A DNA stretch of 61,351 bases from Candidatus Eiseniibacteriota bacterium. GTDB lineage: Bacteria; Eisenbacteria; RBG-16-71-46. Numbering within the stretch: the first letter of the stretch is position 1; each line of letters starts with the position of its first letter. Made by a program: the position numbers and the translations under genes. Of the stretch, positions 31,758-42,439 are shown piece by piece. The stretch lies in contig JACRPT010000152.1 in the NCBI GenBank assembly GCA_016223045.1, positions 1-61,351 on the forward strand, given 5' to 3'. The notes beneath the pieces are model-generated. The model searched no databases. It was not told the origin of the DNA and saw only the letters and a list, made by a program, of their open reading frames with translations.

Positions 31758-34700
31758 ATGAGCCGGCGCATCCTGCCCATCGCAGTGCTGAGTTTGGCAT
31801 GCCTGCTCCCAAACAGCGGCCACGCCGGCAAGAACGCGGCAGGAACGGTCCGCCTGAGCTGGGATCCGGCCGGTGCGGTCACCGACCGGACCAAGGTCCC
31901 CGCCGGGGTCTTTCCACTCTATCTACATCTCGATTCTGCTCCCGACGTGCGTGCCCTGGCCGTGCACCTGCGGTGGTTCCCCTTCGACTCCCGCACCAAG
32001 TGCTACAGCTCGGTCTCCGCCGCCGGGAACACAGCGTGTGGGTGGGCGACGGCCGTTCCGCCGAACGGAGACTTCGAGGGCGATTCGTCCTACACCGGGA
32101 GCATCGTGTTCTCGCCGTTGAGCAGCGGCAGGGACTGCGTCGAGTACTGGTTCTCGGCAGCGACCTGCGGCGAACCGAGTCCCGCGGACTTCGTGCTGGC
32201 TTCGGTGAAGGTGAAGGACTCGGCCGGGAGCGTCGATAGCCTCACCGTGCTCAACCGCGCGACGATCCTCGGGGGCTCCAAGATGGCGGTCACAGTCGAG
32301 AGCGTCCATCCCGGGGAGGTCCTGGCCGGTCACGAGGTGGCCGTGACGGTCAGCGGGCGCAACTTCACACCGGGGGCCGCGGTCGAGTTCGATGCCCCCG
32401 GCATCCACGTGGCCGTCTCGCCGGTCAAGGTGGTGGATGAGAGGACGATCCTGGCCACGTTGCTCGCCCCCGACGCGCCGGGAACGGTGCTCAGCGCCGC
32501 GGTGATCCTGCCGGATGGGGGGAGCGGCACGCTCGACCAGGCGTTGAGGCTCGTCGCCTTGCCGCCGCTCCTTCCAGCCAGCGGTGACGACGTTCCCCTG
32601 CCGGCGCCCACGTACGTCACGGAATGGGGCACGCAGGGCAGCGGGGCTGGCGCGTTCCAGTACATCAAGGGGGTCTCCTGCGGTCCCGAGTCGTTGATCT
32701 ACGTGTGCGATTGGGGCAACGGCCGGGTCCAGGTGTTCCGCGAAGGCGGCGCCCTGGAGCGCACGATCCCTTTCGAGACGAGCGCCGAGGGCTATTCGCT
32801 CGGTCCCAGTGACGCCAGCGTGGATCGCGGCGACACGCTTTACGTCCTGGACACCGGCGGCATCGTTCAGATGTTCGGCCCGGATGGAAACCGCATCGCC
32901 GAGTGGAAGACCACCGATTTCGTGCCCCCCGGCAACATCCCTGGCGGCTACCTGGGAGGCATCGAGGCAAGCCCCAACTTCATCTACGTCACCACCAGCC
33001 GCTTGAGCAACAACCCGCCGCACCAGAACGGCGGGATCGTCCAGCTCACCAAGGACGGACAGGTGCTGCGCGAGATCCCGGTGTGGGACTCGAGCGACGA
33101 ATACATCGGCCAGCAACAGGGGCTTGCCACCGACCGTTTCGACAACGTCTACGACGTGATCAACTTCACCGTGGGCTTCAACGGCCCGCGCCAGACCGTG
33201 ATCAAGAAGTACGACAAGAACGGGTTCAAGCTGAAGGCGTGGACCATGCCCGTCGGAGACTACCGCGGTCTCTTCGTGGACCCGTCCGGAGTGGTCTACT
33301 TCACGACTGCGCAAGGACACGTGCGGGTGCTGGCCGACTCGGTCGAGACGAACTGCGACTTCAGCGGCGCGGATTCACCGCGTGGGCCCGCCACGTCCCT
33401 CTATGGGCTGGCCGGCGACTCGCTTGGCGCCTTGTACGTCACCGATCGGAGCGCGAGCCTCGAACGCGTGATGCGGGCTCGCATCGACATCGACGACGAC
33501 GGGCTCAACGACGCGTGGGAAAAGTACGGCATCGAGGTGGACGCGAACGGGCGCCGGTGGATCCCGGATTCACCACAGGTGTTCAAGAAGGATCTCTACG
33601 TCGAGGTGGACTGCCTGGCCGGGCGGACGTTCGGTCCGGCGGCGGTCGAGCTGGTGCGCAACGCATTCGCAAACGTCTCGAGTTGGTCCCTGCCCTCGCC
33701 CAATCCCGGCTTCGTGAACGGGGTCGAGCTCCACGCTCAAGTGGACGAGACCGGGCTTGCCGACCCTGGATTCGCGGGCGATGTGCTCGGCAGCTTCCGG
33801 ACGTTCAAGGGCAGTCGTTTCGGAACGCTCGCCGAGCGCGATTCCGGTTTCACCGCGGCCAAGCGGATGGTGACGCGCTACTGCGTGTTCGCGGCCGACA
33901 ATGCCACGGGTGGCAGCGGCCTCGCCGAACTCGTGGGCGACGACTTCCTGGTGTCGATCGCCCAGTTCGACTCCGCCGGAGTGAGCCCAATCCGGCACCA
34001 AGCGGCCGCCTTCATGCACGAGCTCGGGCACAACCTCGGACTGTGGCATGGGGGCCAGGACGACTGGAACCACAAGCCGAACTACCACAGCATCATGAAC
34101 TACACGTGGCAGTTCCCGGTGCCAGAGAAGCGCGATTGGGAACGCGGGTGGCGACTCGATTACAACCGGGATTCGCTCCAGACCCTGCTCGAGAACGGGC
34201 TCGTGGACGATGATGGCATATGGGACGGAAGCGAGCAGTTGCGGTTCAAGGTTCCGTTCGGGCCGGCAGAGTGTGACGGCGACTTCGTCGTGATGAAGGG
34301 ATGGGCCACCAACACGGGGCGCGTGGACTGGAATCGGGACGGGTTCTGGGGCCTCTGCTTCGATTGCGACATCAATCGATTCGCCGGCCGGAGGGTCCCA
34401 GGCGGTCCTTGCGTCGTTGATGACCCCAGTGCAGGCCAGGCGCTACGCTCGTACCGGGACTGGAACAAGATCCGGTTCCTCCCTCGTCTGGACCCGCATT
34501 GGCGTGTTGACGCTCACGACGAGATGCTCTCTGCGCCGGGTGCCCAGGAGCTGACGTTCAGCGAGTACCAGGCCTGGGCGCTCTCGCCCATCGACTGCAA
34601 CGGGAACGGCATCGAGGACAATGTGGATATCGAGCAGGGCACGAGCCTCGATGTGGACCGCAACCTGATCCCGGACGAGTGCGACCCGCCCAGGCTGTCG

Positions 34701-35840
34701 GGCGTGACCGCCCGAATCCTCGCGTGTCCCGGCGCCGACGCCGAGAGCCTGGCGTGGCGGCTCGACGTGACGGACGTGTACGGAACCAACATCTACGATC
34801 CGGCGGTGCCGATCTACGCCGTGCTGCGCGGCACAGACCCCGGAGTTCGGGCCTGGGATGCCCGGCAACGGACTCTGGGCGACGGCGACACTCTGTGGGC
34901 GGCCAGCTACGATCCCGACAGCGCGCTGGCGAAGTTCCGGGTGGGCCGCTGGTCCGGCTGCGGGACGTTTCGCTGCGACCTCTACGTGGACGACACCCTG
35001 GTGGTTCGCCAGGCGATGACCCAGGTGGTGAGCCTGGACCTGAATGGATATGGGCTGGGGTCGGTGGACCATCTCGATCGCGCCACTTGGAGCGAGTGGC
35101 ATACGAGCGGCTGCCCGAGCTGCCCGGCCTGTGGCGACTTTGACGGGGACGGGGCGCTGGCGGAGTCCGATTCGCTCGCGCTCGACCAGCATCTGGGCCA
35201 CCACGTGCCGAGGCAGCTCTTGACGCCCAATGGCGGCGAGGTCTGGGTCGTCGGCACGCCGGACACGATCCGCTGGGTGGCCGGCGCCGGGGATTCGGCG
35301 CGCGCAAGCCTCTACCTGCTGCGCGACTCGGACGTGGCTTACCGGGCACGCATCGCGCGTGACGTGCCCGACACGGGGCGATTGGTCTGGACGCCGGGTA
35401 CCTCGGTGGCCACCGGTACCGACTTTCGGGTCGAAGTGGTCCACACCGTGGGCGTGATGGACACCGTGACCAACGAGAGCGTGGGCAGCGACGTCTCGGA
35501 TGCCACCTTCACGCTCAGCGGCGGTACGGTGGACGTGCGAGCTGTTGACGGCCCTCGCCCGCTCACCTTTGCGCTCGGTCCCTCGCGTCCTAATCCGTTT
35601 GGCGGCTCGGCGGCCATTGGCTTCGATCTTCCGATCACGAGCGACGTGCGGATGGTGGTGTTCGACTTGCAAGGCCGTGCGGTCCGCCACCTGGTCGCGG
35701 GACGATACGGGCCGGGGCGCTGGACGGTGGAGTGGAATGGCTCTGACGATCAGGGCCGTGCGCTCCCGCCCGCAGCCTACCTCTACCGGGTGGAGGCTGG
35801 ACCGTTCCGAGCCCATCGAAAGGCTGTGCTGCTGAAGTAG
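31758..35840 (+). CDS. 1360-aa secreted multidomain zinc metalloprotease (IPT/TIG, NHL propeller, metzincin-like core, Ca-binding repeats, FlgD-Ig/T9SS-like CTD)
   Basis: Signal peptide; WGTQGSGAGAF..IYVCDWGNGRVQVF; HELGHNLGLWH + SIMNY; DCNGNGIED..PDEC; PNPF..FDLQGR.VR.L..WNG.D. Confidence 0.85.
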   Translation: MSRRILPIAVLSLACLLPNSGHAGKNAAGTVRLSWDPAGAVTDRTKVPAGVFPLYLHLDSAPDVRALAVHLRWFPFDSRTKCYSSVSAAGNTACGWATAVPPNGDFEGDSSYTGSIVFSPLSSGRDCVEYWFSAATCGEPSPADFVLASVKVKDSAGSVDSLTVLNRATILGGSKMAVTVESVHPGEVLAGHEVAVTVSGRNFTPGAAVEFDAPGIHVAVSPVKVVDERTILATLLAPDAPGTVLSAAVILPDGGSGTLDQALRLVALPPLLPASGDDVPLPAPTYVTEWGTQGSGAGAFQYIKGVSCGPESLIYVCDWGNGRVQVFREGGALERTIPFETSAEGYSLGPSDASVDRGDTLYVLDTGGIVQMFGPDGNRIAEWKTTDFVPPGNIPGGYLGGIEASPNFIYVTTSRLSNNPPHQNGGIVQLTKDGQVLREIPVWDSSDEYIGQQQGLATDRFDNVYDVINFTVGFNGPRQTVIKKYDKNGFKLKAWTMPVGDYRGLFVDPSGVVYFTTAQGHVRVLADSVETNCDFSGADSPRGPATSLYGLAGDSLGALYVTDRSASLERVMRARIDIDDDGLNDAWEKYGIEVDANGRRWIPDSPQVFKKDLYVEVDCLAGRTFGPAAVELVRNAFANVSSWSLPSPNPGFVNGVELHAQVDETGLADPGFAGDVLGSFRTFKGSRFGTLAERDSGFTAAKRMVTRYCVFAADNATGGSGLAELVGDDFLVSIAQFDSAGVSPIRHQAAAFMHELGHNLGLWHGGQDDWNHKPNYHSIMNYTWQFPVPEKRDWERGWRLDYNRDSLQTLLENGLVDDDGIWDGSEQLRFKVPFGPAECDGDFVVMKGWATNTGRVDWNRDGFWGLCFDCDINRFAGRRVPGGPCVVDDPSAGQALRSYRDWNKIRFLPRLDPHWRVDAHDEMLSAPGAQELTFSEYQAWALSPIDCNGNGIEDNVDIEQGTSLDVDRNLIPDECDPPRLSGVTARILACPGADAESLAWRLDVTDVYGTNIYDPAVPIYAVLRGTDPGVRAWDARQRTLGDGDTLWAASYDPDSALAKFRVGRWSGCGTFRCDLYVDDTLVVRQAMTQVVSLDLNGYGLGSVDHLDRATWSEWHTSGCPSCPACGDFDGDGALAESDSLALDQHLGHHVPRQLLTPNGGEVWVVGTPDTIRWVAGAGDSARASLYLLRDSDVAYRARIARDVPDTGRLVWTPGTSVATGTDFRVEVVHTVGVMDTVTNESVGSDVSDATFTLSGGTVDVRAVDGPRPLTFALGPSRPNPFGGSAAIGFDLPITSDVRMVVFDLQGRAVRHLVAGRYGPGRWTVEWNGSDDQGRALPPAAYLYRVEAGPFRAHRKAVLLK

Positions 35841-35928
35841 GACGCACCGCTCGAGCAAGTTGCCACGGGGGCCGATGATAAGGGTGATTCTCCTGCGACA
35901 GACTCGAGGATCTGAGGGGGGGCACGTC

Positions 35929-36621
35929 ATGAAGCGATCTGTTCCTGTGATTCGGCTTCACAGCCCTGCCGCGCGATTGCGTTCGTGGCCGCGAGTCTGG
36001 AAGCCACTTGTCGCCCCGCCGGTGATGCGTCGCTGCGGGCTCATTCTGGCACTGCTGCTCCCCCTTGGGTCCGCCCCTCGCCCAACCGTGGACACCACCG
36101 GTGCAGTCCCTCAGAACGCTGGCTCTGGAGGGGCCCCGCAACGCGCCACCGGTGGCGCTATCAAGAACGACTACGGCCCGGACGATTGCAACGACAACGG
36201 TATCCCCGACGACGAGGATCTCAAGCAGGGCTCGGCCGAGGACATCAACCACGACGGGACGGCTGACGATTGTGACATGGAGCAGTCCGTCTACGACTGG
36301 GTTCACGGCGACTGGCAGAAGCTTGCCGGGGCGAAGGGGGATACGGCCTATGTGGGGGTCCTCTACTGGCGCGAGGACTCCATCGGCGTGCTCTATACGG
36401 TCCCGGCGGGGAAGCACCGGGTGGTGGTGACGGTTCGGGACTACTCCTCCTGGCGGACCGTGGTGGTGTGGAACAAGCGACAAAAGGCGGGCGCCTACCG
36501 CGTCCTGTGGCGCCCGAGCAAGCCCGACGGTAGCTTCATGCCCAGGGGTCGGGCGGATCTCAACGTGCGCATCGGCCGGCGCGAGTACCACAAGTTCCTC
36601 GCCTGGCGCTGGCGGCGCTGA
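35929..36621 (+). CDS. Small exported protein with a DCN.NG.PD Ca-binding repeat and a degenerate FlgD-like C-terminus; start uncertain (alternative 36025)
   Basis: MRRCGLILALLLPLG, DCNDNGIPDD..DINHDGTADDCD. Confidence 0.6.
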   Translation: MKRSVPVIRLHSPAARLRSWPRVWKPLVAPPVMRRCGLILALLLPLGSAPRPTVDTTGAVPQNAGSGGAPQRATGGAIKNDYGPDDCNDNGIPDDEDLKQGSAEDINHDGTADDCDMEQSVYDWVHGDWQKLAGAKGDTAYVGVLYWREDSIGVLYTVPAGKHRVVVTVRDYSSWRTVVVWNKRQKAGAYRVLWRPSKPDGSFMPRGRADLNVRIGRREYHKFLAWRWRR

Positions 36622-36735
36622 TCTTCGCGGCAGTAGCAGGTCAGGTCGTCGCCTGCGGGGAGATTCGCACGCCACGGTACCTTTGCGAGCCTGACCCTGG
36701 CGGACACTCGGTGATGGTTGAGTCGAGGCAGAAGG

Positions 36736-37195
36736 TCACGGTTGCCTGACAGGGCTCCTCACCTTATGCGCCCGGTACTGCAGCGCCTCGCCAAGGTGCA
36801 GGACGGCGACGCGCTCTTCGGCCACGAGATCCGCAATCGTCCGCGGCACGCGCAGCGCCCGGTGCACCCCGCGCGCCGACATGCCGCCGCGGTCCACGGC
36901 GCCTGAAACCAGTCGGCGGCCGGCCGCATCGAGCGCACACCAGCGCTTCACCTCGGCGTTGGGCAGCCGCGCGTTGAGGCAGCCGCGCCCGCGCGGCGAG
37001 CACGCGCGCGCGCTCGACGGCACTCGTCTCACCGGGCGCAGCGTCCTGAAGCTCGGCCGAGGTCAACGCCGGCACCTCGATCTGAAGATCGCCCCGGTCC
37101 GGCAGCGGCCCGCTGACCCGCCCCGCGTACCGCGCCAGGTCGGGCGGCGTGCACTTGCACCCGCGCTGCGGATACCCCAACCAACCGCACCTGCA
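36736..37195 (-). pseudogene. comM: 3' fragment of comM/yifB (Mg-chelatase-like ATPase), frameshifted
   Basis: CRCGWLG...CKC....RY..RVSGPLPDR.DL.IEV, RARV.AAR, SARG..R.LRV.RTIADL, HLGEALQYR; the 5' part is absent. Confidence 0.85.
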
Positions 37196-37299
37196 CCGTT
37201 GCGTTGCCTTCTTCCCGCTTCGCCTCCGGGACGCTTCGCCTTCCTCGGCTACGATCCCGAGGCCCGTACATGGAAGAGGCCGCACTCGAGCGATCAGGG

Positions 37300-37555
37300 A
37301 CCAGCCCGGCCGTGGCACCACATGAAGGTCACGGCCGTCGGGAGCTCGTTCCGCTGCTTCTGGGACGACACCGAGCTCACCACCACCCCGATCACGGATG
37401 GCGATCTCGGCTCGGGCTGGGTCGGCGTCTGCAACTTCCGGTTCGATCTCGGCGGCGTGCCGTTCCTGACCGACGACCTGCTGCTCTCGCCCGAGGGCGA
37501 ACCCACCCCCACCATCCCTGCCACCTGGGGAGGTCTGAAGGCTCGGTATCGATGA
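37300..37555 (+). pseudogene. Orphan C-terminal fragment of a ConA-like/DUF1080-like secreted protein with a TWG tail
   Basis: WHHMKVTAVG..F....D......D....G.VG ... PATWGGLKARYR; no start codon or signal peptide. Confidence 0.6.
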
Positions 37556-37614
37556 CGGGTGGAAGTCGAGTACCAGGGCCGTGCCGAGTCACACTTGAGA
37601 GGAGCAAAGGGACG

Positions 37615-37956
37615 ATGCGCCACCACGTGCCCGGTCGACCGGTGTTGCTCGTCATGCTGGTGGTGACGCTCGTTGGGTCCGCTTCGCCCCCGGCCGGGCG
37701 GGATGCGGTGCCGGCCCACTTCGGCGACGGGATGGACCGGATCGGTCGACACTTCCCGCTCGACATCGTCGAGCAGGGCGACTCGACCCTGACGGCGGTC
37801 GCCTGCCTCGCGGCGGACTTGCCGCCGTCCGTTCTGGAGGTGGCCGCGGAATCCGGCTGAGCCGCCGCCGCCGCGCTGCCAGCCGACCCTCCAGCGCTGC
37901 CCATGGCGCCCATCGGCTCCTCCGGGAACATGGTCCCCGGCGACAGCATCCAGCCC
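37615..37956 (+). pseudogene. Degenerate N-terminal fragment of an exported protein (possibly a trypsin/HtrA-like peptidase)
   Basis: RBS and signal-like N-terminus; internal TGA at 37858-60; LPMAPIGSSGNMVPGDSI resembles the HtrA LG.S..L..G segment; runs in frame into repeat copy 2. Confidence 0.35.
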
Positions 37957-37962
37957 AAGCCC

Positions 37963-38379
37963 GCGCGCACGGGCGCCGAGGGGCGCGGCGACTGGCTGAT
38001 CCGCAACCTGCTCGGCGCCGACCGCGACCGCGGCGTGCTGGCGGTGGGCGACCACGTGCAGGCGGGCGAGAAGCTCCGGCTCCACGTGCGCGACGCCGGG
38101 ACCGCGCGCGAGGACCTGGAGATGCTGCTCTCGCCGCAGGCGTTCGACACGCGCGCGGAGGCTGCGCTGCTGTTCTGCTGCAACGGGCGCGGACAGAGGC
38201 TCTACGGCGCGCCGGACGGCGACATCGCGCCGCTCCAGGCGGCGCTCGGCGGCCACGTCCCCGCGGCCGGGATGTTCTGCGCCGGCGAGATCGGCCCGGT
38301 GGGCGAGCGCAACCTGCTCCACGGCCACACGGCGAGCATCGCAGTGGTGCGGGGGAAGCAGACGGGACAGGACGGCTAG
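37963..38379 (+). pseudogene. Direct repeat copy 2: orphan 3' end of the FIST gene
   Basis: Near-identical to 30647-31042, then diverges for the last few codons. Confidence 0.92.
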
Positions 38380-38654
38380 CGTCCGCAGCCCGCGCCAGCT
38401 GCGTGGCACGGCGGCCCCAACCGCGAAGCCCCGGCGCGTCGGCGCCGAGGGGCGGACACTCAAGGAGGTCGGACACGCGCAGTCCGTCGCGCGCGGTGCG
38501 ACCGACGGACCGCGCGCGTGTACGCCCAAAGGAGCATCGGCGCGCCGCGCTCTCCGGCGCCGGCGCGCGTGCCTCCGCGGCCCGCTGTGGTGTAGTATCC
38601 GCCGGTTTGGACGAGCACCTCCCCTGGGCACGAACCACTTCGAGAGAAACCCCC

Positions 38655-39848
38655 ATGAGCACGTATCCCGACGTCTTCATCGTGGGCGCGGCGCGCACGC
38701 CCATCGGCAAGTTCCTCGGCGGCCTCGCCCCGCTCAAGGCCGCGGACCTCGGCGCCATCGCGATCCGGGAGGCGATGAAGCGCGCCGGCGTCGGTGGCGA
38801 CGAGGTGGACGAGGTGCTGATGGGCCACGTGGTGTAGGGCGGCCAGGGCCAGGCGCCGGCGCGGCAGACCCACATCAAGGCCGGCATCAGCCCGGTGGCC
38901 GGCGCGGTCACGGTCAACAAGGTGTGCGGCTCGGGCCTCAAGGCCGTGATGCTGGCCGCGCAGGCCATCAAGGCCGGCGACGCCCACTGCATCGTGGCGG
39001 GCGGGCAGGAGAGCATGAGCACGGTCCCGCACTACCTGTTCACCGGTCGTACCGGGCAGAAACTCGGTGATGCCACGCTCAAGGATGGCGTGGTGTTCGA
39101 CGGCCTGTGGTGCTCGTTCAACGACTGCCACATGATCGACCTGGCCCAGTACACCGCGGAGAAGGCAGGCCTGAAGCGCGAGGAGCTGGACGTGTTCTCG
39201 GCCGAGAGTCACCAGAAGGCGGCCGCCGCGTGGGCCGCGGGCAAGTTCGCCAGGGAGATCGCCGTGGTCACCATCCCGCAGCGGAAGGGTGACCCGGTCG
39301 TCATCGGCAAGGACGAGTCGGTGCGGCCCGACACCACGGCCGAGGCGCTGGCGAAGCTCCCGGCGGTGACGCGCGAGAAGGGCGGCATGATCACCGCGGG
39401 GAACGCCCCGGGCCTCAATGACGGCGGCGCGGCGCTGGTGGTCATGAGCGGTGAGCGCGTGAAGCAGAAGGGCGCGAAGCCGCTGGCGCGCGTGGTGGCC
39501 TACGCCACCGGCGGCGGCGAGCCGAAGGAACTGTTCTTCGCGCCGGTGGACGCGGTGCAGAAGCTGATGAAGAAGATGGACGTCAGGATCGGCCACTTCG
39601 ACCTGATCGAGGCCAACGAGGCGTTCGCCGCGCAGGCGCTCGCCGACGGCCGGGCGCTCGGCTGGGACTGGGGCCGCGTCAACGTCAACGGCGGCGCGGT
39701 GGCGCTCGGGCACCCGATCGGCGCCTCCGGCGCGCGCGTGCTGACGACGCTGCTCTACGCCCTCGAGGACCGTGGACTGAGGACCGGCCTGGCCACGCTC
39801 TGCCTGGGCGGCGGGAACGCGGTGGCGCTGGCCGTGGAACGCGTGTGA
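38655..39848 (+). pseudogene. atoB: Acetyl-CoA acetyltransferase (thiolase) with an in-frame TAG at 38835-38837
   Basis: [47 protein letters not shown]; full length if the TAG is read through. Confidence 0.88.
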
Positions 39849-39926
39849 CGTGAGGCGGCGGAGCCGCGGGGGCGCGGTGCCCGCAGTCGGCGCGCCCGGC
39901 TCCCGCGATGCCGCGGAGGGAAGACC

Positions 39927-40832
39927 ATGAGCACCGTGACCGAAGCAGTGGCGAGCGGCCCGTCGGCCGCCGTGAAGAAGATCGCCGTCGTGGGCGGCGG
40001 CACCATGGGGAACGGCATCGCGCAGGTGTTCGCGAGCAGCGGCTTCGACGTGCAGCTGGTGGACCAGCGCCAGGAGTTCGTGGACCGCGCGCTCGGCACC
40101 ATCGGCAGGAACCTGGAGCGCGTGGCGAAGAAGCTGAACTGGGAGTCCGACCGCGTCCAGGCGATCCTGCAGCGCGTCCGCGGCGGGGTGAGCCTCGAGG
40201 CGGCGCGCGACTGCCAGCTGGTGATCGAGGCGGTGAACGAGGACCTGGCGGTCAAGCGCCGGATCTTCGAGCAGCTCGACGCGCTGGCGCCGGCGGGCGC
40301 GGTGCTCGCCAGCAACACCTCGAGCATCTCGATCACCGAGCTCGCCGCGATCACGAAGCGTCCCGACCGGGTCATCGGCATGCACTTCATGAACCCGGTG
40401 CCGGTGATGCAGCTGGTCGAGCTGATCCGCGGGCTCGCCACCAGCGACGCGACCTATCGTCTGACGGAGGACCTCGCGAAGCGGCTGGGCAAGACGCCGG
40501 TCGAGGTCAACGACTATCCCGGCTTCGTCTCGAACCGCATCCTGATGCCGATGATCAACGAGGCGTGCTACGCGCTCATGGAAGGCGTGGCGAGCCGCGA
40601 CGCCATCGACACGGTGATGAAGCTCGGGATGAACCATCCCATGGGGCCCCTCGCGCTAGCTGATCTCATCGGGCTCGACACCTGCCTCAGCATCATGGAA
40701 GTGCTGCACGAGGGGCTCGGCGACTCGAAGTACCGTCCCTGCCCGCTGCTGCGCAAGATGGTCAAGGCGGGCTACCTGGGGCGCAAGAGCGGACGCGGAT
40801 TCTACGACTACACGGAGGCCGCGAAGGCATGA
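39927..40832 (+). CDS. hbd: 3-hydroxybutyryl-CoA dehydrogenase
   Basis: [46 protein letters not shown]. Confidence 0.95.
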   Translation: MSTVTEAVASGPSAAVKKIAVVGGGTMGNGIAQVFASSGFDVQLVDQRQEFVDRALGTIGRNLERVAKKLNWESDRVQAILQRVRGGVSLEAARDCQLVIEAVNEDLAVKRRIFEQLDALAPAGAVLASNTSSISITELAAITKRPDRVIGMHFMNPVPVMQLVELIRGLATSDATYRLTEDLAKRLGKTPVEVNDYPGFVSNRILMPMINEACYALMEGVASRDAIDTVMKLGMNHPMGPLALADLIGLDTCLSIMEVLHEGLGDSKYRPCPLLRKMVKAGYLGRKSGRGFYDYTEAAKA

Positions 40833-42019
40833 CCCCCGGGACCCTCGCGCCGGCCACCGGCCCGTCGTTCGATCTTGGCGAGGACCAGCTCGCGGTGCGC
40901 GAGATGGTGCGCGAGTTCGCCGAGAGCGAGATCCGCCCCATCGCCGCGGCGATCGACGAGAGCCACGAGTTCCCGATGGAGACGACGAGGAAGATGGCCG
41001 GGCTGGGCCTGCTCGGCATGTTCGTGCCGGAGGAGTACGGCGGCGCGGGCATGGACTACCTGTCTTACGTCATCGCCGTCGAGGAGCTGTCGCGCGTGTG
41101 CGCCACGCACGGCGTGATCGCGTCGGTCAACAACTCGCTGGTGTGCTACCCGCTGCTGACCTACGGCAACGAGGAGCAGAAGCGCGAGTACCTGGTGCCG
41201 ATCGCGAAGGGCGAGAAGCTCGGCTGCTACTGCCTGACCGAGCCGAACGCCGGCAGCAACGCGGCCAACCAGCAGACCACCGCGGTCGAGGACGGCGACG
41301 CCTTCGTCCTCAACGGCACCAAGGTGTTCATCACCACCGCCGGGCCGGCGGACGTGCTGATCCTCTACGCGGCCACCGACCGGTCGAAGGGGCCGAAGGG
41401 CATCACCGCCTTCATCGTGGACGCCGACACGCCCGGGGTGAACAAGGGGAAGAAGGAGAAGAAGCTCGGCATCCGCGCCTCCGACACGCGCGAGATCGCG
41501 CTGGTGAACGCGCGGGTGCCGAAGGCCAACGTGCTGGGCGAGCGGGACAAGGGCTACACCGTCGCGCTCGCCACGCTGGGCGGCGGCCGCATCGGCATCG
41601 CCGCGCAGGCGCTGGGGATCGCGCAGGCGTCGCTCGAGGCGGCGGTGCGCTACGCCGGCGAGCGCGTGCAGTTCGACCGCATCATCGGCGAGTTCGACGC
41701 CATCCGCGAGATGCTGGCGAACGCCGCCATCGAGGTCGAGACCGCGCGGCTGCTGGTCTACCAGTCGGCCTGGCTGCGCGACCGGGGCCGCCCGCACACC
41801 AAGGAGGCCTCGCTCGCCAAGTGGCACGCGGCGGAGGCGGCCTCGAAGTGCGCGAACTGGGCCATCCAGGTGCACGGCGGCTACGGCTACATGGCCGAGT
41901 ACCTGGTCGAGCGCTACCTGCGTGACGCGAAGATCTGCGAGATCTACGAAGGCACCACCGAGGTGCAGAAGATGGTGGTGGCCGCCCAGGTCCTGAAGGA
42001 GCGCGCGCTCGCCGGCTGA
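40829..42019 (+). CDS. Acyl-CoA (butyryl-CoA-like) dehydrogenase
   Basis: [37 protein letters not shown]. Confidence 0.95.
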   Translation: MTPGTLAPATGPSFDLGEDQLAVREMVREFAESEIRPIAAAIDESHEFPMETTRKMAGLGLLGMFVPEEYGGAGMDYLSYVIAVEELSRVCATHGVIASVNNSLVCYPLLTYGNEEQKREYLVPIAKGEKLGCYCLTEPNAGSNAANQQTTAVEDGDAFVLNGTKVFITTAGPADVLILYAATDRSKGPKGITAFIVDADTPGVNKGKKEKKLGIRASDTREIALVNARVPKANVLGERDKGYTVALATLGGGRIGIAAQALGIAQASLEAAVRYAGERVQFDRIIGEFDAIREMLANAAIEVETARLLVYQSAWLRDRGRPHTKEASLAKWHAAEAASKCANWAIQVHGGYGYMAEYLVERYLRDAKICEIYEGTTEVQKMVVAAQVLKERALAG

Positions 42020-42048
42020 GCGCGGCCAGTCATCCACCGAGGAGCATC

Positions 42049-42432
42049 ATGACCCGTCCCGTCCGGCCCGTCGCCCTCGTGATCCTCACGCTGTGCATGA
42101 TCTATCCCGGCGTGACCCTGCTGTTCCAGGGGCTCTATCCGTTCGTCGCCGGCGAGAGCTTCATGCTCTCCGGGCAGCTCGGTCCCTGGGTGACGCTGGG
42201 GCAGAAGCTCGGGATCCCGCCGGTGGTGGCGCCGCTGCTCAAGACCGCGCTCGGCCTGCTGTGGGTGCTGGGCGTGCCCGGCCTGTGGGCCGGCGACCGC
42301 CGCGCCTGGCCGCTGGTGCTGCTCGCAGCCGCGGGCTCGGTCCTCTACCCGTGGGGCCCGTCGGCGATGGGGATCATCGCGCTCGTGTGCCTCCTTGGCT
42401 TCCGCGAAGACCCCGACCGGGTGCTTGCCTGA
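42049..42432 (+). CDS. Hypothetical membrane protein
   Basis: GAGGAG RBS, several hydrophobic helices, operonic position. Confidence 0.7.
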   Translation: MTRPVRPVALVILTLCMIYPGVTLLFQGLYPFVAGESFMLSGQLGPWVTLGQKLGIPPVVAPLLKTALGLLWVLGVPGLWAGDRRAWPLVLLAAAGSVLYPWGPSAMGIIALVCLLGFREDPDRVLA

Positions 42433-42439
42433 GAAACCC

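Noticed and set aside
31064-37962. Prophage or integron
   Set aside because: No phage structural genes, integrase or recognisable attC sites.
30647-38358. FIST duplicate as a DGR template/variable repeat pair
   Set aside because: The mismatches are mostly third-position C/T/G changes rather than adenine-specific, and there is no RT or Avd gene.
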